A stretch of 63,056 bases of DNA, the filler included, from Hyphochytrium catenoides (taxonomy: Eukaryota; Protista; Hyphochytriomycota): assembly GCA_900088475.1 (NCBI GenBank). It is 5 parts of 5 records of this genome, joined end to end, with 100 filler letters (N's around TTAATTAATTAA, not from the genome) between each part and the next. Parts side by side here need not be neighbours in the genome. Positions count along the whole stretch, not along the records: positions 1 to 19,957 come from FLMG01004444.1; 4 more parts are not named here. The stretch is one strand, 5' to 3'. The notes under the pieces were generated by a model. That model worked only from the letters and a program-made list of their open reading frames with translations. It was not told the DNA's origin and ran no database searches. The position numbers and the translations under genes were made by a program. Of the stretch, positions 1-10,036 are shown one piece after another (position 1 is the stretch's first letter; each line of letters starts with the position of its first letter).

Positions 1-189
1 ATAGTGTGCCCGACAGACAGCGAGGCGGGGAGAAAGGAGAGAGACCCAAAGAAGACCAACCCTCACTCTTGTTTCCCATCAAGAGCCGAGGATGAAGGTC
101 GGAAAAATCGAGATAAGATAAAGGAAACGATCCGTAGATCAGGAGGCTGGAGGACAGTCTGTAGCCTTGTCGTGCTTCTTTATAATGAT

Positions 190-1235
190 AAGCAACCAAA
201 GAAGAAGGACGTACCTACGGGATCAGCAGCGCAGCAGACTGGCCTGGCCTTATAATTATGGAACCCCTTGATGTGGAGGGTTGGAGAACAGAAGAAGAAG
301 GTAATAAACAACTTCTGGCACAGGAGCAGCCGGACAGAAAGAGGCTCTTCTGGTCCGGCTCCCCGTCAAAGTAGAACTAGGTTTCATCTGGGAGGTATAG
401 TTCGACAGCGAGCCGGCCAGCAAGAGAAGAACGAAGAGGAACGAGTACGGGCCAGCACTGGCTCTTCATGAGTTAAGGAACATGATGAGGCAATAAGATA
501 TCATAAGACTTGAATGGGTTCTCAAGGGCAAAGCCGCCGCTGACCTCGCTGGCCTGCGACAGCTCCACACACACCAGAAGCCTTACGAAACCACTAGTGA
601 CGGAGGAAGACAGACTCGCGTGTGTAGAACGGTAGAACCACCTGTAGAACTATTGAGGGACGATACTCGATACATTATCATAGACTTTGAGGTTGGGATC
701 AAGAGAAGGGCCAGGGGATATTGCGACGAAGTCTGGGAGCTGTGTCTGACATCACGACGGAGCCGTGCAGTTATCCATTATGATATATAACAATAGTGCT
801 CGCTCAGATGTCAGGAACGGCCACTCACTAATGAGCTCACCATCTGACCAGACAGACCAACCAGAGGACTATATACGGACAAATATAGGATTCTCAATGC
901 CGTGGGCACCTCAGCAGCCATGAGAACAACCTAAGAATAGTATCCGTAGGTCTACTATTTGTACTGGTGATGAAGGAAGACGGAACAGCAGGGGATGCGG
1001 CCTTGAATGTTCGAGTCGAACTACCGTGACCGCTGTACTCTTAGGGAGTCTCTAAGGTCTTTCAAACAGCCTCTACTATGGGTTCAGAGAGACAGAAGTA
1101 TTCAGTTTGTCCACGTTCTTACTAGTCCCGCCCAGGAAAGGACTATGTGGGCAGCATTCTTGGCGCTATGGCAACCGCTATGGGAATTGTACGAGTAGAA
1201 TCATAGTGAGAGGATTGTCAGATCAATGAAGCGCT
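190..1235 (+). mobile_element. Decayed non-LTR retrotransposon relic (RNase H-like and zinc-knuckle remnants)
   Basis: Broken + frames give motifs in the expected order: VPTGS (~211, cf. YTDGS), FDSE (~401, cf. TDS), IRLEWVLKG..AAADLAG (~503-553, cf. RNase H WVKGH..ADxLA), then CPR..DYVGSILG (~1108-1165, cf. CxxC..xHxLGGC) and LYE*NHSE (~1187-1210, cf. YxxRHN). Many stops and frameshifts; motif matching by eye only. Confidence 0.4.
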
Positions 1236-1269
1236 GGCACGTCCTCCTCCTCCCATTGCAAGGCGTTAG

Positions 1270-2330
1270 TCTACTGATGACAATACCCAGTGCAAAGAGG
1301 TAGTAGGTTTTATGAGGCCTGTGGCTATTTTAAAGCTGTAAGGCCGCAGCCTCTCCCGCTAGCACGGGATATTTTGCGCGAGAGGGGCGGCTATGCTATG
1401 ATACCCGCCTCGTCGTGTCCTTGGCTGTGGGCAGGAGTGGCTTGTGCAGCAGCTTGTAAAATATAATGTGATGCTGCTCTATCTTCTTCATTCTGAATGC
1501 TCTCCGTCGTCTTTACGCCTTGATAGATCGGTAGAGAGTCGTCGGCAATCCATGCAGAACGCGCTTCATCAGATTCTGCAGGGTACTCCTCCTCAACAGT
1601 TGGATCCTTCTCTGTTTAATTGCTCGTCTTCTTTTTCAGAGTGATGATGGTCGGGTGGTCTGTCGTCCCTTCTTCCTTCTTCTCTCTTCCTTCCATCATT
1701 ATTGCTTAGAACAGCAATGATAATTCTTCTTATATATCCTCAGAATGATGCTGTTGGAGAGCGGAGAGAGGTGAAGCGACCAAGACGCCGTGGCTGTTGC
1801 TTCTTCTTTCTGTTCTTCTTCCTGTTGTTCTTCTTCTCCTTCTTTTCTTTATTTTTTTTCCTTCTCTCTTTTTGTCCACGTTGTTAACGAGCAATTGAAG
1901 GAGAATAGCTGCTACTACTACCTATAACTAAGATGAAGAAATAGGAGGAGAAGAAGGAGGAGAATATGAAGAACAAGGAGAAGAAAATGAGGACGAAGAG
2001 GAGGAAGACGAAGAAGAGAAAAGAAAAGCTATAACGCCGTGGCGGTCTCCTCCTCCTCCTCGGCTCAGTCAATGTCCGCCTCCTCCGCGACGACGCCCAT
2101 CAATAATAAGGGAAGAATCATTGTATAATAAGGGGAGAAGGCGGAGGAGGATGGTATGAAGCGCGCGCCTAGCACAATGTCATCATCGTCAAGCTCGACC
2201 GCCGCCGCGAGGCAAGCAAGCAAGCGAAGGGTCCACCAACTGCTCAAGAGGAATAATAATAAACTGCTGCTTCAGACGCTGAAGAAGCGCAATTCTTCTT
2301 CTTCCGACGCCACTTCATGTTCGCTAAAAT
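1270..2330 (+). pseudogene. Dispersed repeat copy A; possible decayed AAA-ATPase-like + PD-(D/E)XK nuclease gene
   Basis: Nucleotide similarity to 8620-9260: GTCATCATCGTCAAG..CGCCGCGAGGCAAG..CCAACTGCTCAAGAGGAATA here vs GTCATCATCATCAAC..CGCCGCGAGGCAAG..CCAACTGCTCGAGAGGAATA there. Residual peptides VVGF, CYD, KYN, LLFQS (1628), IYPQNDAV (~1732), GRII (2111) and VIIVK (2179) follow the motif order of the AAA-ATPase-like/PDDEXK_9 family. Confidence 0.4.
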
Positions 2331-2404
2331 CCGAAAATAGAAGGAGTTATTGTCGAGGGTGCGGGCACTCCTGGAGGAGATTTGAGGGTCACATAAGTAC
2401 CTTA

Positions 2405-2459
2405 TGTCTCCCTCCCTCTTCTCTCTTTCACATTTCTTTCTCTCTCTCTCTCTCTCCCT

Positions 2460-2499
<40 letters not shown>

Positions 2500-2537
2500 C
2501 TCGCTCTCTCGCTCTCGCTCTCGCTCTCTCTCTCTCG

Positions 2538-2579
<42 letters not shown>

Positions 2580-2640
2580 CGCTCTCTCTCTCGCTCTCTC
2601 GCTCTCCGCCTCTCTCCTTCTCTCTCTCTTCTCTCTTCCC
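2405..2640. repeat. (CT)n/(CTCG) microsatellite
   Basis: Directly visible CT dinucleotide tract with interspersed CTCGCT units. Confidence 0.95.
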
Positions 2641-2910
2641 TTGCACAACATTTCACTTCTAGAAGGAGGAGCACCAGCTGCGATGCTGCAGCCCCTCGGC
2701 TCGACACAGGGCAACGGAAGAGAAAAGCGGGAAGAGAGAAGAAGAAGCAGCAGGAGATTAAAAACCAAGAAGAGTCCGTTCGCTGAGAGTCGCGATAGAA
2801 GCAGCTCTTGGCCATTGATACAGTGACGGAGAGCGCCGGGAGCCAGGAGACGGGCCAGGGGAAGAGACTTGTGGCTGTGAGGAGCTGGGGATGGTGAAGT
2901 CTATGCGGAG

Positions 2911-3156
2911 ATGGGCCACAGGAGGAGAGGGCAAGCAGGGCTACCGAGAGATGAACACCTGGAGCTTGCCGCTGCGGTTCTGCAGGAAGAGACTGGAGTG
3001 CCCTGCTCTCCTCAGAGTATCTTGGCGGCAGCTCGCAATGACTCAGGGCCACAGGGAGAGACGGTAAGTACCAATGATCACACTGCGAGAGAGAGAGAGT
3101 GAGAGAGAGAGGGTGAGAGAGAGAGGGTGAGAGAGAGAGTGAGAGAGGGTGAGTGA

Positions 3157-3212
<56 letters not shown>

Positions 3213-3696
3213 AGACGGGGGAGGCGGGCTGCTGGAGAATAAATGCGGACAAGGAGAGAACGCTACTTACCTTCGCTTCGGCAGACACTCTTGCTTCTCC
3301 GGGTGCTGCACCACCTCTCCTTCCTACATCTGCTAGAGCTGCATGGGACGGAGGAGGAGCAGGAAAGAAGACACTGGGCGAAAGGGAGAGAATCCTGTCT
3401 TCTCTCTCCTGAGGAGTCCTTCTCCTGCTACTCTGCAGCCAGCAGCCCTCAGAGAACGCTAGCAATCTTAGTAGCGAGCCCAGGCTCTCGGGTCCAAGAA
3501 ATCTTGGACTCTGCTTGGCAGCAAGCTGAGACTCTGGAACGATATGGTGAGAGCCTTCTCTCTCACTTAAGACCATCGCGCTGGAGAGAGTAAGGAAGAG
3601 ATGAAAGAACGGAAGAAGAAACAAGGGAGTTAAAGGGGGAGCGGAGCAAAGGTGACGGGCCAAAGGGAAAGTGAGAAAGAGAGAGAGAGAGAAGGG

Positions 3697-3727
<31 letters not shown>

Positions 3728-6318
3728 TTAATAACCCGACAAAGTTGCCTTGCCCTTCTATTCTCTCTCACCTCTTGTCTTCTCTCAGACATTCTCCTGC
3801 AGGTGGTGCGCTATCATTTGTGGGTTATCGGTTATGATCCCACTTTTCTTTCTTTTCTCTCTCTCTCTTCATCTTCGCTGGAGGACTTGCTAAGAGACGT
3901 CCGTCCCCGGGAGCTCCTTCTGGCTCTGGGCTGGCTCATGGCAGCACACAAGACCTTTGACAAGCATAGAGAGAGAACCGTGAGAGAGAAAGACTTTCTT
4001 CACTTCCTGTCATGTTCCTCCTAACACCTCCAACAGACTTTCAGTCCTTTGCCTTGGTCACTCAGCCAGCTATTTGCCGTTTACTTTCTCTCCTGAAAGC
4101 TCCTCTTTGGCCCTCGGACGTAGCGCTACTTCTCTCTTCTCCGGCGTGAGAATAGCTTTGCTCTACTATCTGTGTCTTCCTTGTAACACTTCTCACTTTT
4201 CTCTCTCTCCTGCAGTCCGTAGTAGATATCCCTCCTGATGAGTGCATTCGAAGGAGCCTTTCAATGGCCCAGGAAATAGTTCAATCAAGAGTTAGGCAGC
4301 GCGCCTCCGCGAAGACAGACCCAAAGGTAGAGAGAGAGTGCTAACATTTGCATCTCCTGTTAGCAGCCAACGATCTTTCGCCTCAACTTCACTCTCTCTC
4401 GCTCTATTCCTCTCCTTGTGCATCGCTCAAGGTGGAGGATAGTATGCACATTGCACATCAGCTGCTGGGGCGACTGCGTTGCCGAGTGAAGGTCCACGAT
4501 GAGCTCCTGCATGCACGTGCCAAGCTGCGCCTCAGACTGCAGAGGCTACAAGGAGGTTCGGTTTGAACTTGCGCGTCTTTCGTCTTCCCTCCGATACTTT
4601 GTCCTCGCGTCCTACGGTCTCTAACCTTTCTGCTTCCTCTCTGTCTATACCAGCGAAGCTTTTCCTCCTCATCTCTTGCACGAATTTTGACAGTTAACTC
4701 TTCAGCAAATGTAATCTCTGTCTCCCTTCGTTGGCTATCCTCTCTGCACCTCACATGTACCACTAGTGATCTAGAGCCGCTGCCTCTGTCTCCTTCTCTT
4801 CTGCCCCAGAGCCGATCGGAAGGGTGACAAAGGGTTTACAGGGAGTTTCGTTTCTGTCTCATCGGGCTTTGGAGGCAGAAGAGCTCTTCTTCTGCTTGTC
4901 TCCTGATAGAACAACGGAAGAGCAAGATAATTTGGAGCAGCAGATGCTGCAAAGGTCAGCGTCCACGATGAGTCGTCTTTGCTGAGTCCTTTCGTGTATG
5001 CCGTCTCCTCAGCCCACCATATCAGGGCTGCCCCATGCCATTGCGTCTTCCGCGTTCTCATTGCCTTTCGACCACATATGACTCGCTTTAGATGTAACCT
5101 CTGGAACGTGCTCTATACCTCCTCATCACCCCTAACGAGCACCGCGCTGTACCTGGACTCTCTTTTCTTTTGAGTTTAACGTGTTGATTGCTATTCAACT
5201 CTTTTGGAGCTCGCTTAAGTCTCTTACGCCGATTTTATGCCCCTGAAATCTACCTCTGATATGTGTTAGACTGGTCGCTGTCAAGCAGGTGCATCGGAGT
5301 CTGCTGCTTGAAGACTCCTTCTGGGCCTGGATGAATGAGGTAGCGGAGCTGCACTTTAAGAATGCAACGGAGGTACAAGGATGTTTGAAGGCTTTCTCTT
5401 GTCGTCTCTCTCTCTCTCTCTCTCTTCCTACCGATGGCTCTCTGTTCTCTTTCTAGGCTCTCTAACGGTTATAACTCGGCACACCTTCTCCTGAGAGCCT
5501 TCCTTTCCGGGACTTCTGCTTCTCTCTCTCTCTTATTTTTCACTCCTTACTTTCAACGTCTTATTTCACCCCTTGTTTATCGCATTGTCAGGCTAGATAT
5601 TTCTCTTTGCCGCGATCCCTAAGATAACTTGTCACCCCTATTAAAGCAGAGGTGCACGGAGAAGCGTGTGAAGGAGATGCGAGAAGAGGCCCAAGCTGTT
5701 CCTTCCTCTGACCCCGCTCGTCTTCTGATCGAGGAGTTGAGGGCTGACTTAGCTGAAGATCTGAAGGGAAGGGCAGACACTGTCGAGGCAGTGCAGAATC
5801 GTTGGAGCCGGAACAAGGCAAAGCTAAGCAAGACAGAGTATGCAGCACGGTAAGAGGCGTTGACTATAGGTCTCCCGTTCCCTCTTGGTACCGTACTCCC
5901 TGCCAAAGTACGTCTTTCGCTTGCTTGCACCTCTTATGGCAATTCTTATTCCCCGTTATTCTTCATCTTTATCTGCCTATTTGACTGGTATTTGGATTTT
6001 TCTTTAGGCTCAACTGCGTCTTGCAGGCGTCCCGAGCTCAAGCAGCTTGCCGGGATGGCCGACAGTGAGCTACGCGGCCTCTCAGCGCATGTAGGGGGGA
6101 CGAAGTTGAAAGAAAACAGAGGCAACTCTGAAGAGAATGAGGCTGAATCCATCGGGGAACTACTTCGCCTGCTAGACGCTTTTTTGCTGGACGATTCGAC
6201 TGCTGCCGCGCTGAATGGACTTCGGGCAGAGCAGTGCCATGCCGTCCCCCGAACCATGGAAAGAGCTGAACCTATGACCGAGGTGCTGAGTCAAGCGTAT
6301 GGGTTCCACTTCCTTTGA
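2911..6318 (+). CDS. TEDC1: Tubulin epsilon and delta complex protein 1 homolog (multi-exon)
   Basis: Spliced peptides VVRYHLWVIGY..RELLLALGWL, HQLLGRLRCR and EDSFWAWMNE match my recollection of TEDC1/C14orf80 motifs (SQGY..SRELLLALSWL, WLMGKLRFR, VFWRWMDTV) in colinear order. GT-AG introns; last exon from ~6028 ends TGA 6316-6318. Internal exon boundaries partly uncertain. Confidence 0.75.
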
Positions 6319-6512
6319 CCTTACTAACAAGAAAAAGACCGCCGATAGCCTTCTACACTCGTCGTATCACCACACTCGTAAGTGGTTTTGTACCTTAATG
6401 ACTTAAGAGTTTGACCACACGCTATCGCTTGCCCGCTTGTCCCTCCGAGGAGAAGGCTTACTGGTGCTGCCATCCTATAAGGCCCTCCCGCGTACCCTTG
6501 CCGCAAACTCTC

Positions 6513-7535
6513 TTAGGGTAAGTCTACGTCAACCCACTTGGCCTCTCCTACAGATAAGGCTTCCTCTCCTCTCTGTAGTAAGAGGTATTCATGCACGATT
6601 ACCAATGCTTTGTTCTTCGCGAAGACTGCCATTGGTCTGCTCCTCTCAATCTTACCCTGATTAAGAAGGGGTATATCTGTCAGAGGTTGTGTTACTTCCG
6701 ACCAAATAGGGCCGTGGTCATCCTCTGTAGCGCTATGTCTTAGTAGCTCATAGAATTCCTCACAAAAATGACGAAATCTTTCTGAAGATCGTAACAGTCC
6801 ATCTGCTGTAACCACGAATGCCTGGCATTCCTCTTGTTCTAAAGCCAGCCCAATTACTGTTTTCCAGCAGTGATATCCCAACTGCGTCTTTGTCAGGTCC
6901 GGCCAAACTGCAAGAGCTTTATTCTGACAGAAACAAATTAGCTGAGAAAGTTGGGGCCATATTCTCTGGTTGACAATGCCTTGAAGGAACAATGAATCTG
7001 ACTCCGGCAGATTGTGACTGGCCATAGCGAACGTCGTCATAACATGCTTCTTATGTTGATGGATGGCGACAGTGAAGGGGTCAGATGGGGAACGATATCC
7101 TCCTTGCTCGACCACTATCATGACGTATGTCCTGAGAGATAAGCTAAGGAGACCACATGGGTCAAACGCTTCCCCAGCGCGACCATTATCTCTCGCCGTT
7201 ATTTCTTCCTCTATGACGCCGTTAAGAAACCGGACACACTTTGTGGGATGTTCCGCCAAAGTTAACAGAAGAATTGACTTTAGCAAGAGCTCTTGTGACC
7301 GTCTGCATCCGCATTCACGATAAATGAGGGACACAAGGTGGGCTGTTGGCAAGACCTTTAGCCTGTCAAACAGTTCTCTTACATCATCTGGTGGAGTTTC
7401 GTTGGAATCACCCCGGTGAGTCAGGACGGCAGCTGGTGGCTTATCTTCTGTACGCAAGTGTAGGGAAAAGGTCTGTTGCGCCATCTTGACTCTCCTACTA
7501 TTCACGGCGGATATGAACGAGGCCCAGGTCTTCAT
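6513..7535 (-). CDS. Intronless ~340-aa hypothetical protein, weak RasGAP-domain resemblance
   Basis: Stop-free ORF with non-repetitive, protein-like composition (first ATG at 7535). Segments FLNGVIEEEI..AFDPCGLLSLSLRTYVMIV and WPQLSQLICFCQNKALAVWPD resemble RasGAP helices. Confidence 0.65.
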   Translation of the reverse strand: MKTWASFISAVNSRRVKMAQQTFSLHLRTEDKPPAAVLTHRGDSNETPPDDVRELFDRLKVLPTAHLVSLIYRECGCRRSQELLLKSILLLTLAEHPTKCVRFLNGVIEEEITARDNGRAGEAFDPCGLLSLSLRTYVMIVVEQGGYRSPSDPFTVAIHQHKKHVMTTFAMASHNLPESDSLFLQGIVNQRIWPQLSQLICFCQNKALAVWPDLTKTQLGYHCWKTVIGLALEQEECQAFVVTADGLLRSSERFRHFCEEFYELLRHSATEDDHGPIWSEVTQPLTDIPLLNQGKIERSRPMAVFAKNKALVIVHEYLLLQRGEEALSVGEAKWVDVDLP

Positions 7536-8619
7536 TTGCTGAAACGTAGGGAACTTGGAGAATTGAGGCACTCTTTATCCTTTTGCGCGTCTTGCCTTCC
7601 CTAACTTCTTATTTGGCTAGGACTTGGTAGCAGCAACGGCAGATGTCTAGCGATACCTCCTGGCGGCGTCAGAAAGAAGCTACACGGCAGCGAGCAAAAG
7701 AATATAACAGGCGACACTGCAGTAGTAGGCCAACTCTGGTGTTTGTTTTTTGGCTAATAACAAGTCGTGGGATGTATGGATATTCTAGGAAGTGTTTTAT
7801 TGGAACTTGGGAAGTCAGAAGTTACGGACGTGGCGGCCACAAGTCTATCTTGTATTCTAGTGCCACTGCAAAGCTTTGTATTATGTGTATGTCTTGGCGT
7901 TTATTTATAAAAAATTAGGATGTGTTTGGCATTCATCACTGGCTCGATAGATAGTTAGTTCTACATCTGTCAGGTCACGTCCCAGTAGACGGCGTAGGAC
8001 CATCATAGCGTGTTAGTTACACAATCTTCGCTGCCTCAGCTCTGTATATCCCAGGATCCGTGTGGAACCGCGGCACAAACGGCACCTCCCAGGGAGTTCT
8101 TATAGCGGACGAGCGGCACCTAAAATTTCTTACAAGAATTGCCAAACAGACTGCAGTCTTATTAGTATAAAAGCAAACCACATGAGATCTTGATGTGTTT
8201 GTCTTGCGTGAACTGGCAGATACTATAAGATCCTCGTTCTGCTTTTCCGGTTGCAAAATGAGTAACACAATTGGTAGAATCGACTCTGAAAGACATAGAA
8301 TTATTGTTCATAGCTTCTAGGCCCTTCGCTTTTGAACAGTTACAGGGTTGGAAACAGTAAGGCCTAGTAGAACTAGAATGAGCAGTCTAGTACTCAAAAA
8401 TTTCTGCTTGATGAGCCAAAAGAAATAGTTTTTTTATACTCTTTTTATAAAAAAGCCCTGACTAATTCCTGCGGACCACCAGTCAAGCTTTATTTACTAT
8501 ACAAGGGTTCCCTATTATAATAAGTGCAGTTTATTTTTGTTGAATTAAAATAAATGAGCGCTACTACTGACTACTACTATTCAGAAGAAGAAGGCGACTA
8601 CACTTATTTTTTTTAAAAA

Positions 8620-9260
8620 CTATATGAACCAGAGGGGACGCAAAGAGGAATTGTCACGTTGCTGCTTTTCCTCCCTTCCTGGTCGCTAAACACAGTAAGA
8701 ATATAGAGACCCTTCTTCCTGTTCGGATGTTGTTGGTAGAGGAGGAGAACGTGTTCAAGAGCACCGCTCTTCGTAAGCCCGTGTCTCGTCTTTCTTTTTC
8801 TCCTCCTTCTACTTCTTCTTCTTCTTCTCCTCCTTCTTCTCCTCCTCATCCTCCTCCTCTTCTTCACCTTTCGCTGCTTTCTTCTTTTTGATTACTAGTT
8901 GGGGAAACTACTACTGCTTTTTTTTGTTTTATACTATGCTGAAGGATGAACAAGAAGAAGAAGAAGAAGAGGAAGAAGAAAAGAAACAAGGAAAGCTACA
9001 ATGCCTTGGTCTCATCCTCCCCAACCTGATCTCTTCCCCGCTCATCATCAGTAAAGGAAGAATTATAATTGATCTCTTCAGCGATAAAAAGGGAGAAGCA
9101 GGAGGAGGAGGTGAACCGACCACTAGTCATCATCATCAACTTCAAACGCCGCGAGGCAAGAAGCAAGAGAAGTGTCCAACTGCTCGAGAGGAATACGCTT
9201 CAAGATCTGAAGCGCATTTCCCTCATGAATCGCCATAGAGACTCTCGTGTGAAGGCGTAA
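8620..9260 (+). pseudogene. Dispersed repeat copy B; possible decayed PD-(D/E)XK nuclease region
   Basis: Direct-orientation similarity to 1640-2330. Peptides SKGRIIIDL (~9050) and VIIINFKR..VQLLERN (~9126) resemble the GRxD..xxxEFK..QI pattern. Interrupted by CTT/GAA microsatellites. Confidence 0.4.
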
Positions 9261-10036
9261 AACCATGGCCAAACGGGACATTGACCAAGATGCCGAGAAG
9301 CATCAAGAGCAGTGCGGTCACATTGAAGCTGCACCAGATGTCTAACACAATCAGCAACGCTGGATTATTAGTAAATAGATTCTTTCCCTCTTCCTTCTTC
9401 CTCTTACTTAGTAGTTATTAGTACAAATAAAGTAGTAGTAGCTAATATCCCCCTTATAATAAGAAATCAATACCGCATTTTTACATTACGAGTATAAGTA
9501 GGAGTAGTTCTACTAAAGGAAACGGTATACATGTCAAGGGCAAGGAGAGCTTGTAGCTTTGAGCCTGGGCTGTTCCCTCCTACACTGCTTGTCGTCGATC
9601 ATTTTATTGCAACAATTCGTCGCATGCCACTCTGCGTGTAGTGCCTTTTAGGTATTGTAGTGAAAGGGATCGTGAAACCCTTATCCCGCTCTCCCTCCTC
9701 TATTCGCTGACCTCTTCTGATAAGCAAAATGTGGTTTTGTTTGTCTCTACTGGGTCTTTCAGATAGTAGGCACCAAGGAAGATGAACCTTCACTTTTACC
9801 GCTAGGCCTGGGTCCTTTCGTAACGATTGAGCGCGTAGCTTCTTTCTGTCGCCAATAGAATTGAGGATGCAGCGATTGAACGCGGCAAGGATACAAGGTG
9901 GTATCTTTCAGCTGACGCCGATTTGACCTTGAAGGAGATTGCCTGAAGGCACTACCCATCTGCAAGCTCCTGCTGCAGGTCATTGTCGGAGGAGGAGAGC
10001 CACTCCGAAGATTGCTACTGCACTTGCAATACAGCC

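Noticed and set aside
1343-1392. Imperfect GC-rich hairpin (GCCGC..CCTCTC...GAGAGG.GCGGC)
   Set aside because: Single imperfect stem inside a decayed relic; no RNA family or element end can be supported.
2156-3800. Long SL/RE-repeat ORFs on both strands
   Set aside because: Translations of (CT)n/(GA)n microsatellites, which lack stop codons.
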